From: a virus
Lineage: Duplodnaviria > Caudoviricetes
Strand: one strand, 5' to 3'
DNA: 64,000 nt
Virus record (IMG/VR): IMGVR_UViG_3300037424_001651
Span: 1-64,000 of that record
Shown in pieces: positions 36,036-45,083 of this stretch. The position numbers were made by a program, and so were the translations under genes. Numbering within the stretch: the stretch's first letter is position 1; each line of letters starts with the position of its first letter. The notes beneath the pieces are model-generated. The model saw only the letters and a program-made list of their open reading frames with translations, was not told the origin of the DNA and did not search any database.

Positions 36036-36488
36036 GTGGACGCACCAACGAAGAAGATCCATCTTTCCATGGAGCGTAAGGGGATCACACAACGCTTTCG
36101 GATTGGTAACCTTAAAGGTTACATGACAGTGAATGAGGCCATCATTGGCGGTAAGCCGATGCCCGGTGAGATCTTCATGTATGTGGCCAAGGAGGGTGGG
36201 ACGCTGAGCGGTTTTGTGAATGCTACGGCACTGCTCATTTCCATGTGTTTGCAATACGGCGTTCCACTTGAGGTGTTGTGTACCAAGTTCATTGGGTCGC
36301 GGTTCGAGCCGCAAGGTTACGTGGAGAACTCGGAGGACATCAAGTATGCCGAGTCGATGTTGGATTATACCTTTCGCTGGATGGCACTGCGCTATCTGGG
36401 TAAGGCGTGGCTCAAGAAGCTCGACCTTATTGAAGGACGGCGTCAGCCTGTAGGTGTGCCTATGGCGTGGGAGGATGACGAGGTGTGA
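36036..36488 (+). CDS. stand-alone TSCPD domain (class II RNR NrdJ C-terminus)
   Basis: PGEIF...KEG.TL.G, S..LQYGVPL, RFEP.G, S.LDY.FRW. Confidence 0.85.
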   Translation: MDAPTKKIHLSMERKGITQRFRIGNLKGYMTVNEAIIGGKPMPGEIFMYVAKEGGTLSGFVNATALLISMCLQYGVPLEVLCTKFIGSRFEPQGYVENSEDIKYAESMLDYTFRWMALRYLGKAWLKKLDLIEGRRQPVGVPMAWEDDEV

Positions 36489-36856
36489 AGGTACACGTGA
36501 AGTGGCAGTTCGAGTGTGCGGCAAAGTTACCTGTTGATCCTGTGGGTCGCGGCCACAAGCAGGAAATCGAGTTGGCGGTTGTGCGCGGTCAAGATCCAAG
36601 GCTGGATGAAGTTGTGCAGCGTGGTCTGGGTAGGCGTGGGAAGCAGTGCTTGGCGCTGAACATGGCAGATGCTGTTTTTGGTAGGGGTCACCATGAGATT
36701 GTGTGCGGCTATTGCGGGGTGCCAGCTTTTCGCTTGTGGGTGTTTCCCTCGTCGCAAGCAGGTACATACACGGTTTTGTATCGGCAAGTCGAGAAGAGTT
36801 CTGACGTTGGCGTTGTAACTGTGGAGGTGGTAGATGCCGAGCCGGACGAAGACTGA
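36485..36856 (+). CDS. hypothetical protein
   Basis: GTGA overlap. Confidence 0.45.
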   Translation: MKVHVKWQFECAAKLPVDPVGRGHKQEIELAVVRGQDPRLDEVVQRGLGRRGKQCLALNMADAVFGRGHHEIVCGYCGVPAFRLWVFPSSQAGTYTVLYRQVEKSSDVGVVTVEVVDAEPDED

Positions 36857-39800
36857 TTGGCGGGCGAAGAAGTCGGAGGCGTGTCAGGATTGTCCGCTTT
36901 GCGACGAACCGATGGTACGCGGTGAGGGCAAACTGGATGGGCTTGGCCTTGTCATTATGGGTGAGGCTCCGGCACGGGAAGAGGTACGACAGAGCCGTCC
37001 CTTTGTTGGTGAGACAGGTCAGAAGGTGCTCGATCCGTTGTTGGAGCAGCACTTGCCGCAGAACGGGTGTCCCATCTCGCGTGAGGGTGTGTACATCACT
37101 AATGCATTACTTTGCCCATTGAATAAGAGTACCGTTACCCCCAAGCAGATCGAGGCTGCTATTGCATGCTGCAATCAGCGCCGTGTGGAGGAGCGCGAAC
37201 TTGTAGGGGCGAAGTTCATTATCGGCATGGGTGCGACTGCTGCACAGGCGCTCATTGGCGAAAAGACCGTCAAGACCTATCGCGGCGCAATCATGGATAG
37301 TCCATTCGGCCTGTGTTCAATCACGTATCACCCCACGTTCATCTTGCGTGGGAAGAAGACCGGTTCGCGCGTGCAGTCGGATGTGTACTATCAGGTGATT
37401 TTTCAAGATCTCGTCAACGCATATCGTATGGTTGATCCGACGGTGCCAGCCGACGAGCGCATGTTCCGTCCGGCGTACGACATCGCGCCGCCGATGGAAG
37501 ATGTGTTGGGCTTTCTCGATTGGATCCGCGCGAACAAGAAGTTGTGCTGTGTCGACATCGAGTGCGATAGCATTGACCCACTGGCCGCGAACTTGACGAT
37601 CATCGGGTTCGGGGCTGAGGTAGACGGTGTAGTCGTGTCGCATGCTGTTCCGGTCTGGGAAGGGTCCGGGTACACTACCGCTGAGCTTGAGGAGTTTTAT
37701 GCCACCTTTGCGGCGCTGGAAGCCGATCCGGCAGTTCCGAAGCTGTTTCACAATTTCACTTACGACGTCACGGTCCTGGAGCGCCACGGTATGCCAACAC
37801 GTGGCAAGGTCGAGGACACGCTCATTTTGCACTACTGTTTGTTCCCTGAACTCATGCACGATTTGCAGTCCGTGGCCACGTCTTATCTCAACATTGGTCC
37901 GTGGAAGGTGAACTTCCGTCGTCGGGAGAGTGCGCGCAGGAAGAAGTACGAGGCGCTGGCGCAGTGGCAGGAGAAAGCGGAGGAAGCGTCCGTCACGTTC
38001 ATGGAGTTTCGCAAGCATATCAAGGTCGTCGAGCCGCCCGGAAAGAAGCCGCTGGTGGGGAAAAAGTTGGCGGCGGCCTTTACGGGGCTGGGGCTGGATG
38101 AGATTGCGTTGGCCCGTTTCAAGAAGGCGCGTACAGCTCGTAAGCGTGCCGACAAGAAGCTGGTGCAACTTGAAGAGGAGATCAACAAGGAGTTCTACGA
38201 CGAGGAAGGCCGGGACATCAACAGCATCGAGGAGCTGCATTACAATGCCCTGGACGTTGCATGTACGCTCGGTTCGTGGCTGGCGATGCAAGAGGTTGAG
38301 CGAGAAGACCTCGACAAGATCACTGGTGAGACGACGCTGAAGGAACCGAAGCTCTACGAGACGGATGTGGCTGTTGCCGACATCGCGCGGCAGATGCAAC
38401 TACGGGGGTTGCCAGTCATCGGCGACGCACGTACGACCATGCAGACGAGCTTGCGCAAGCAGGTGGCGGAGCATGAGGTAGCTATTCAAGGCTTTTTGTG
38501 TGATGTCTTGGCCGCTGCTCAGCAGGCGAACCCTGAATGGTTCGATGGGCGCTTTGCTGATCCGAAGGCGTTGGAGGCCGAGATCAAGGCTGTGCGCGCG
38601 GCTGAAGAGGCTGCTTCGCAGCAACGCCGTGCAGATAAGGGTGGGAGCACTGTAGTGAAGGCTGTGGATTCGCGTGTGGAGGGCAATGCTACTGGGCCGC
38701 TTCCGATACTTAGCTTCGAGGCCGCGCAGTGGGATGAGCTGTCGATGCGGGATCGTAGTTGTGTACAGCTAGCTGCCATTTGTGCTGCCGGGGTCGTAGA
38801 CCCGAAGAAGGCCTTCAAGATCATGAGTCCGGAGCATAAGTCGTTCTTGCTTGATGCGTATGAGGTGCCTGTAGACGAGCTGACAGCCAAGACCGGCCAA
38901 CGTAAGATGGACAAGGACAATCTCGTCAAGTATAGGGGCGCGTACGACGTAGTACGATCCATGCTAGATTACAGTACGGCGCACAAGCTCTTGCGCACGT
39001 TCGTGGAAGGCAAGAAGATCATTATCGGTGAAGACGGGCGCATTCACCCGTCATGGAACTCCAAAGGCAGCACGAATCCCGAGGAGTACGGCACGGTTAC
39101 TGGCCGTTGGGCCAGTACCCCGAACGTCCAGAACTGGCCCTACGAGATGCGCGCCATGATTGGCTTTCGTGACGATGAAGACTGGACGCTGGTCGGTGCA
39201 GACTTCAGCCAATTGGAGTTTCGCATCCTTGCGTGGTTCGCTGGACAGACGGATCTGGTCATCGCCTTTAACGAAGGTCCGATCCTAACGCTGGACGGGG
39301 CTAACCCCGAGCATAACAAGCTACTGAAGGCTCGGAACGAAGAGAAGAAGAATCTCAAGGAGTGTCCCGAGGGCCTTGACGTGGACGGCTTGAAGCTGGG
39401 CGAGTTCAAGAACCTCATCCCAGATTCGCATCGTGATCTCTGGATGCAGCGCATCTTGCGCGTCGAGAAGAACGCTAAGGGCGAGATCTTTGTCGAGCGT
39501 GACATTCATTCTGCTACTGCCGTGAGCATCTTCGGAAACGAGTATATCGACGCGCCCCTCAAAAAGTACAAGCTGTTGCGCAACCTCACCAAGCGTGCGA
39601 CCTATGGTGGCATGTACGGTGGCAATGCAGATACGTTGTACAGCGCATTGCATCGGGACTTCCCAGGCACAAGCAAAACGCAGTGTGAGTTGTTCTTGGA
39701 AAAGTTCGACCGGATCTGGCCGGATATTGTCTCGTGGCGCAAGGATTCACATGACCGGGCAACGAAGGATGGAGAGCTGCGCACGCCGCTACTCGGGCGC

Positions 39801-40115
39801 TGCCGTCTCTTCCCGCTGCACCGACCGGAAGCTACGGTCGCCTTCAATTGGCCCATTCAAGCCACGGCCGGGGACATTATGAACACGAGCTTGCGCAGGC
39901 TCTATAACTACGTTCAGTCCCGGGACGACTTACGCGGCCGGGCCTACCCGATCATTCAAGTACACGACGCTATCTACTGGGAAGTCCGTCAGGAGATCGC
40001 CGAGGAGTTCCGGGCCGTCGTCGAGGAGCAGATGTCTTGTTACCTGGAGCACGAGACGGTGTGGATGAACTTCCCGGTCGAGGCCAAGATCGGCAAGATC
40101 TGGAGCGAGACATGA
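36834..40115 (+). CDS. polA: family A DNA polymerase with N-terminal family-4 UDG and 3'-5' exonuclease
   Basis: CxxC..GEAP..FVG..N..C..YHP; DIECD, FHNFTYD, YNALD; DFSQLE, KRATYGGMYG, QATAGDI, VHD. Confidence 0.95.
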   Translation: MPSRTKTDWRAKKSEACQDCPLCDEPMVRGEGKLDGLGLVIMGEAPAREEVRQSRPFVGETGQKVLDPLLEQHLPQNGCPISREGVYITNALLCPLNKSTVTPKQIEAAIACCNQRRVEERELVGAKFIIGMGATAAQALIGEKTVKTYRGAIMDSPFGLCSITYHPTFILRGKKTGSRVQSDVYYQVIFQDLVNAYRMVDPTVPADERMFRPAYDIAPPMEDVLGFLDWIRANKKLCCVDIECDSIDPLAANLTIIGFGAEVDGVVVSHAVPVWEGSGYTTAELEEFYATFAALEADPAVPKLFHNFTYDVTVLERHGMPTRGKVEDTLILHYCLFPELMHDLQSVATSYLNIGPWKVNFRRRESARRKKYEALAQWQEKAEEASVTFMEFRKHIKVVEPPGKKPLVGKKLAAAFTGLGLDEIALARFKKARTARKRADKKLVQLEEEINKEFYDEEGRDINSIEELHYNALDVACTLGSWLAMQEVEREDLDKITGETTLKEPKLYETDVAVADIARQMQLRGLPVIGDARTTMQTSLRKQVAEHEVAIQGFLCDVLAAAQQANPEWFDGRFADPKALEAEIKAVRAAEEAASQQRRADKGGSTVVKAVDSRVEGNATGPLPILSFEAAQWDELSMRDRSCVQLAAICAAGVVDPKKAFKIMSPEHKSFLLDAYEVPVDELTAKTGQRKMDKDNLVKYRGAYDVVRSMLDYSTAHKLLRTFVEGKKIIIGEDGRIHPSWNSKGSTNPEEYGTVTGRWASTPNVQNWPYEMRAMIGFRDDEDWTLVGADFSQLEFRILAWFAGQTDLVIAFNEGPILTLDGANPEHNKLLKARNEEKKNLKECPEGLDVDGLKLGEFKNLIPDSHRDLWMQRILRVEKNAKGEIFVERDIHSATAVSIFGNEYIDAPLKKYKLLRNLTKRATYGGMYGGNADTLYSALHRDFPGTSKTQCELFLEKFDRIWPDIVSWRKDSHDRATKDGELRTPLLGRCRLFPLHRPEATVAFNWPIQATAGDIMNTSLRRLYNYVQSRDDLRGRAYPIIQVHDAIYWEVRQEIAEEFRAVVEEQMSCYLEHETVWMNFPVEAKIGKIWSET

Positions 40116-40306
40116 GCGTTGGGCGCGTCGACAAGCCGTACTTTTGCACCACGTGTGGGTTGGAGGTCCAGATTGCCGTGCAGTCGTTTCGCATCAGCGA
40201 GTTTGGCGGCACGATGCTTGCCGTCGTTCCGCCTAGTTCACAATCAGAGCTTCGTTGTCCGCGGGTGGATTGCCCGGGGCGCTTGAAACGTGACCATCGA
40301 GGGTGA
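40112..40306 (+). CDS. small Zn-ribbon protein
   Basis: CxxC...CPRVDC. Confidence 0.55.
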   Translation: MSVGRVDKPYFCTTCGLEVQIAVQSFRISEFGGTMLAVVPPSSQSELRCPRVDCPGRLKRDHRG

Positions 40307-41028
40307 AGGAGGAAGGTGTGCCGGAGAACAACGAGAAGATCGAGATCATCGAACCGCACAGCGTCGTGCTGTATCCCTCATTCGACGAGGTGCAGGACTT
40401 CCCACGCGTGCTGGAGGTCGCGGGTCGGACCTGTTACAAGAGTGAGGACAAGATCACAGGCGAGAGCAACTGCAAGTTCATCGAGAAGATCCGTGACAGC
40501 GGGCACCACAGCGTGCTGGAGCATTGCTCCATCACTGTCAAGATCGTGGGCGACCGGTCGATGAGTCATCAGCTTGTCCGTCACCGCATCGCCGCCTTCT
40601 CACAGGAGTCCATGCGCTACTGTGATTATTCCCGGGACAAGTTCGGCAAGCTGCAAGTTATCTGTCCACCCAAAATCCAACAGGAAGGTGAGAACCGCGT
40701 TGACAAGTTCGCAAGGTGGAGCTGTTGCATCGAAGAGTGTTATCGTGCCTACCTTGATCTCCGGGAGATGGGCGTGCCCGCTGAGGATGCACGTTCGGTG
40801 CTGCCGCAGGCTACAAAGACCGAGGTCGTGACGACTTTCAACGTGCGGCAGTGGCGGCATGTCTTCGAGCATCGCGCATTGAACTCTAAAGCACAGTGGC
40901 AAATCCGTCGGCTCCTGTGTGGCGTCCTGCTCAGCCTGGCTGAGGCGACACCAATCTTGTTCGGGGATCTACGCGAGAAGATGGGCGAGCTTGCAGATGC
41001 GGAAGCCTTTCCGTGCACGTGGGCGTAG
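40303..41028 (+). CDS. thyX: FAD-dependent thymidylate synthase
   Basis: GHHSVLEH, RHRIAAFSQESMRY, AQWQIR. Confidence 0.96.
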   Translation: MKEEGVPENNEKIEIIEPHSVVLYPSFDEVQDFPRVLEVAGRTCYKSEDKITGESNCKFIEKIRDSGHHSVLEHCSITVKIVGDRSMSHQLVRHRIAAFSQESMRYCDYSRDKFGKLQVICPPKIQQEGENRVDKFARWSCCIEECYRAYLDLREMGVPAEDARSVLPQATKTEVVTTFNVRQWRHVFEHRALNSKAQWQIRRLLCGVLLSLAEATPILFGDLREKMGELADAEAFPCTWA

Positions 41029-41055
41029 GAGGCGGGGCGGGACAAGGAGGGCGTT

Positions 41056-41556
41056 GTGGGGTTGGAAGAACTGAAGTCTATATATCCCAGTGGGATCGTA
41101 GTCGCAGGGACGGGGCACAGATGGTTTGGTGGTGCTGACATTGTGGAGATCGTACGAGACTGGATCAACAACATGCTGGCTACTATCGAGCCGCGACGCG
41201 TCGTCACAGGGATGGCTGTTGGGTTCGATACGTATCTTGCGCGTGAAGCGCTCCGACAACAGATCCCGTTGCTAGCGGCTATTCCGTACGAAGGGCAAGA
41301 AGATCAGTGGCCTGATGGGGCACGTACCGAGTATCGCAAAATCCTCAAGCAAGCAGAAACGGTGCATATTGTCGAGAAGGGTGGCTACGCGAGTTGGAAG
41401 TACCAGAAGCGCAACGAGTGGATGGTGAACAACTGCGATCTGCTCCTGGCGGCGTGGAGCGGGAAGCCGGGCGGTACAGCGAACTGCGTTCGGTACGCGC
41501 ATCAAGTCGAGCGGCGGGTCGAGTTATTGCCAGGCCTCAAGCCCGAGGCCATTTAG
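41056..41556 (+). CDS. YspA/DUF1273 SLOG-family protein
   Basis: TGHR, GMAVGFD, IPYEGQ..W, RNEWMV, GGTANCV. Confidence 0.88.
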   Translation: MGLEELKSIYPSGIVVAGTGHRWFGGADIVEIVRDWINNMLATIEPRRVVTGMAVGFDTYLAREALRQQIPLLAAIPYEGQEDQWPDGARTEYRKILKQAETVHIVEKGGYASWKYQKRNEWMVNNCDLLLAAWSGKPGGTANCVRYAHQVERRVELLPGLKPEAI

Positions 41557-42582
41557 ATGTGTGTCGACACGTTAATCGTATCACTTCCTTCTTGGCGCTG
41601 GGACAGTGTGTCAAGCAGCCTCGCTGAGGGCCTCGCTGATGTTGTTCGGTGTGTGGCAGAAGATGTGTTTGTCGCTGTTCGGTCTTTAGCTGCGGGTGGC
41701 TGTGTGTGGATTCACAGTGTAGATGTACCCCACGATGTCGTATCGTGGGCTGACCCGCGCCAAGCTCAACGATTTCACAAGAAAAGACAGGCAGGGATTT
41801 CCCCTCGACGACGCGACGGTAGTCTCACAAATCCTACGACAGACATACAAGCGGCGGCGGCGGAGAGATACGTTTGTGAATTATTGGGCAAGCGTTTTGA
41901 TGGTTCAACACGGTCTTTCGGAGATCGCTTGGATTTCAACTTAATAGATGGTCGCAGCGTTGACGTGAAATGGATGGATCGGGCACGAGGCCGGTTAATC
42001 GTGAACCCCACTGATCCTCCCAAGGATGTGTACGTGTTGGTAAGTGGGATAGCTGAGCGTGGGCTTACCGTCAAAGGTTGGTGTACGCGCAGTGAACTGA
42101 TTGTTGGTGGCCGTCGCAATCCGGGGATGGAGGATCTAGGATTCGGCCCGAAATACACATTGTGGGACGATGAGCTTCGGCCGTTTTTAAGTCTGGAGCG
42201 TTTGGAGGCTGCGGCCAACTTTCGTGGGCGCTGGATTCTCGCGGCGCATGTAGTTACCGCGGTGCATCCGGTGCTCGTCCTTCAAGAAGCGATTTGGCTG
42301 CAAAAGGCCCAAGGTGCCTTATTCCGTTTGAGCAAACCGAGCCGTCCTACACTGCCGGGGAAGCCATCGGTACAGTTGGCTTTGCGTCGCAGCCCGACGT
42401 GGGCTGACGAAGGTTGGCTTGATCACTGTTTGGTTGGTGCGAAGATAGTCGGTGCTGTTTACGTCGATAAGTGTGTTAGAGCTACTGTTGAAGCGGCTGG
42501 TTTAGTTCACAAAGATGTGTCGCCGTACCGAGACGAGGCACAACGTCCAGCCGGACTCCTGCAACGCATCCCGCAATGTTGA
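41557..42582 (+). CDS. putative PD-(D/E)XK nuclease-fold protein; start uncertain
   Basis: AE..V...G...D...VDVK...D.YVLV...V.GW core. Confidence 0.5.
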   Translation: MCVDTLIVSLPSWRWDSVSSSLAEGLADVVRCVAEDVFVAVRSLAAGGCVWIHSVDVPHDVVSWADPRQAQRFHKKRQAGISPRRRDGSLTNPTTDIQAAAAERYVCELLGKRFDGSTRSFGDRLDFNLIDGRSVDVKWMDRARGRLIVNPTDPPKDVYVLVSGIAERGLTVKGWCTRSELIVGGRRNPGMEDLGFGPKYTLWDDELRPFLSLERLEAAANFRGRWILAAHVVTAVHPVLVLQEAIWLQKAQGALFRLSKPSRPTLPGKPSVQLALRRSPTWADEGWLDHCLVGAKIVGAVYVDKCVRATVEAAGLVHKDVSPYRDEAQRPAGLLQRIPQC

Positions 42583-42587
42583 TCGTG

Positions 42588-42806
42588 TTACTTGTGGCGG
42601 TAGGTGATGAACCCGCGACTCGGGTCGTACGGTGAAACCGCAACCGTCACATGATCCCCGAGCACGACGCGGATCTTGTAGCGCCGCATGCGGCCTGCTA
42701 GACGGGCTTTCACTTCCAACCCTTCACCGGTTGTGACCACGAAGTTGCCTTGAGCATTGACCGTTGTGATTCGCCCTTCCATATCGATGAGGTCAGCGCG
42801 GCTCAT
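42588..42806 (-). CDS. infA: translation initiation factor IF-1
   Basis: EG.I......F.V......A.LAGRMR...IRV..GD.V.V..SPYD..RG.ITYR. Confidence 0.95.
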   Translation of the reverse strand: MSRADLIDMEGRITTVNAQGNFVVTTGEGLEVKARLAGRMRRYKIRVVLGDHVTVAVSPYDPSRGFITYRHK

Positions 42807-42807
42807 G

Positions 42808-44169
42808 CTACATCCACGGGACGAGGCCACGCGCGACAGCGGTGTTGATCGACGCTTCCGCTTCTTGTGGTGTGAGGGTGGGCCACGCGTGCAGCACCTT
42901 GCCTTGCCTCTCCGTAACCAGGCCCGCCATCTTTCCGCCGTTTTTAAGGTAAGCGTCTAACGAGGTGCGCAGACCTCTGGCGGCTTTTTCTGCGACTGAT
43001 GTCATGCACCAGCGACAGGTTTGGCAGTTCCCAGAGACGCGAGGGTTGGTGGCGGCGCATTCCATCGGATCGCCGACTTCGGTGTGCCGCCCCATGCAGT
43101 GGTAGCCGAACACGGTGGCGATCCCTAAGCCTTCCCGTTTCAGCGTATAGCGAACCTCGTCGATCCGTTCTCCCAGCGGGAACCCGGCGGGGATGGGTTG
43201 CGCGAAGGCCATAGAGGCTTCGGTGGCATAAGCAAAACCGACGAAGCTGTCGCCAAGCTTATGCGCAGCGTCTATGAGCTTGCCGAGGTGTTGGCCGTGA
43301 GGCCCGAACGGAGGGGTGCTGGGATCGAGGCTGATCTGGATGAAGAGGTTGCGGCGCGGGGTGAGCTTCTTGGCCCACTTCGCAATACGCGTGAAACCCC
43401 ACAGACGGAAAGGTCCGCTGTCAAGTTCGCCGAGCAAGGGATCAATGCTCATTTGTTTCGATGTGAAGGTGTCGCGTTCAGAGAGCTTCGTGATCGTGTT
43501 GGCGAGCTTGACTGCGCCGCTATCGAAATCGCCGCCTCCGTTCCAGCGCAGGTTGTTGATTCCGACAGGGTAGAAGTACGGCTTGCGGTTCCGACAAAAA
43601 TGTATGATACGTTTCGCTTCCTTTTCAAGCTCAGCCTGGGGTGCGTTACGGTACCACTTCGTCAAGAGGCGGTTCTGCATGTAGCGGCGTTGATGGGCGT
43701 TCATCGTATCCCAGTTGGTTTCGGCCCACGTCACGAACCGAGCGGTCTTGGCATAGCAGTGGCTCATGCACCAGTCGGTTGGCATGCACGTACCGCCTTC
43801 AACGCGGACGTCTTTCTTGTTGTAGGGGTTCAGCCCTTGGCCGCGCGCCAGTTTGGCTCGGCCTTGTTTGGTCGGAACCCTGTACCCGTCGATGCGGGTG
43901 TTGAAGGAGCGGATGGCCTTGCCGTTGTCGGAGATCTTTAGCTTGTACCGTGCAAGGTCTTTCACAATTATGGCCGGTGTGTCGGCTGGTGCGAGGTAGC
44001 CTGGAGGCAGTGGCGGCGTCGGCACGACCTGTCCGAAGGCTCCATAACCAGAACCATCATCCTCGCAGTAACCCTCCAGTACCGGTGCCGGTGCGCCCGT
44101 AAGTGGGCATTGGTCGGGCGGGAACCAAAGATCTTCTTCGAGGTACCGCTCTTCGTAGTCGTCTTGCAT
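42808..44169 (-). CDS. GP88-like Cys-rich phage protein
   Basis: N.K....FN, TCxxxxxCxxxCYAK, RW..GGDF, C-terminal CxxCxxC. Confidence 0.55.
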   Translation of the reverse strand: MQDDYEERYLEEDLWFPPDQCPLTGAPAPVLEGYCEDDGSGYGAFGQVVPTPPLPPGYLAPADTPAIIVKDLARYKLKISDNGKAIRSFNTRIDGYRVPTKQGRAKLARGQGLNPYNKKDVRVEGGTCMPTDWCMSHCYAKTARFVTWAETNWDTMNAHQRRYMQNRLLTKWYRNAPQAELEKEAKRIIHFCRNRKPYFYPVGINNLRWNGGGDFDSGAVKLANTITKLSERDTFTSKQMSIDPLLGELDSGPFRLWGFTRIAKWAKKLTPRRNLFIQISLDPSTPPFGPHGQHLGKLIDAAHKLGDSFVGFAYATEASMAFAQPIPAGFPLGERIDEVRYTLKREGLGIATVFGYHCMGRHTEVGDPMECAATNPRVSGNCQTCRWCMTSVAEKAARGLRTSLDAYLKNGGKMAGLVTERQGKVLHAWPTLTPQEAEASINTAVARGLVPWM

Positions 44170-44181
44170 CCTGCACTCCTT

Positions 44182-44583
44182 CTAGTACATATCTGCGATC
44201 TGCTGCACGAACTCATTGGGGACACCGCGTCCGAAGTGAATCGCGACCAGGGCTTGCGCAGGCAAGACGAACCGGTCAGTCCACGTCGGGCCGATTTGCC
44301 ACCGTTTGCCGATTTGATCGAGCAGGTAGTTGCGGATGAACAGCTTGCCTTCGCGGATGTTGAGGTGCACATAGGCGAGGCTGGCACCGCCTTGGGAAGT
44401 TGGTAGTTCGATGACGATGCCCGGAGGCTGCGTGGGTAGTCGTTTGTTCCGCACGGGCGGCCCCTTCTGAACGTGTACGCTGACGCGCTTGACGCGCGTC
44501 CCTGCGAAGGTGCCGCGATCCTCGAAGGCGTGAGCGAGCTGCTCGGCCAGTTTGGTAACCAGGACTATCTCGTGCGGCGTCAT
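44182..44583 (-). CDS. hypothetical protein
   Basis: ATG 44583; coupled to the GP88-like gene. Confidence 0.55.
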   Translation of the reverse strand: MTPHEIVLVTKLAEQLAHAFEDRGTFAGTRVKRVSVHVQKGPPVRNKRLPTQPPGIVIELPTSQGGASLAYVHLNIREGKLFIRNYLLDQIGKRWQIGPTWTDRFVLPAQALVAIHFGRGVPNEFVQQIADMY

Positions 44584-44635
44584 CGACTTGCATTGTGGCA
44601 CAAGAGGTGTGTAAATTCCAACTACGGAGGTTGCG

Positions 44636-44956
44636 ATGCTGCCGAAAGTGAAGGTCAATGAGTTTAACTCGAAGGTGTTGAAAGCCAAGAAGCCTGTAGT
44701 CGTAGACTTCAGCGCTGATTGGTGTGAGCCGTGCAAGATGCTGGAGCCGATCCTCGACAAGATCGCTGACAAGTACAAGGAAGACGTGGAGTTCTACTCC
44801 GCGGATGCCGACGAGATCGGCGAAGTCATGGCCCGGTACAAGCTGTTTAGCTTGCCCACTGTTGCCCTGTTCCGCGCAGGCCAGCTCGTGGGAACCGCAG
44901 TAGGTGTCGACAACAACTCCGCGGCCGAGATCGAGGCGCTGTTGCAGCCGAATTGA
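44636..44956 (+). CDS. trxA: thioredoxin
   Basis: VVVDFSADWCEPCKML.P, SLPT. Confidence 0.93.
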   Translation: MLPKVKVNEFNSKVLKAKKPVVVDFSADWCEPCKMLEPILDKIADKYKEDVEFYSADADEIGEVMARYKLFSLPTVALFRAGQLVGTAVGVDNNSAAEIEALLQPN

Positions 44957-44964
44957 CCGCGATC

Positions 44965-44981
44965 TTGTCCTGACCCTGCCT
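44965..44981 (+). repeat. dispersed intergenic motif, copy 5
   Basis: TTGTCC-TGACCCTGCCT. Confidence 0.8.
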
Positions 44982-45028
44982 TCGGGAACGTGTTTTCGCG
45001 GACTTACGCGCACAAATTCACTTAATTC

Positions 45029-45058
45029 TTGCAATCCTGGCACGACTGCGTTTATATT
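45029..45058 (+). promoter_or_regulatory. sigma70-like promoter
   Basis: TTGCAA-18 nt-TATATT. Confidence 0.5.
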
Positions 45059-45083
45059 AGAGTCGATTCAAGGAGGCTCTTCT

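Noticed and set aside
36834-40115. Inteins in PolA, RecD2 or SNF2
   Set aside because: The insertions lack C/S-start and HN-C/S/T-end splice motifs and LAGLIDADG blocks.
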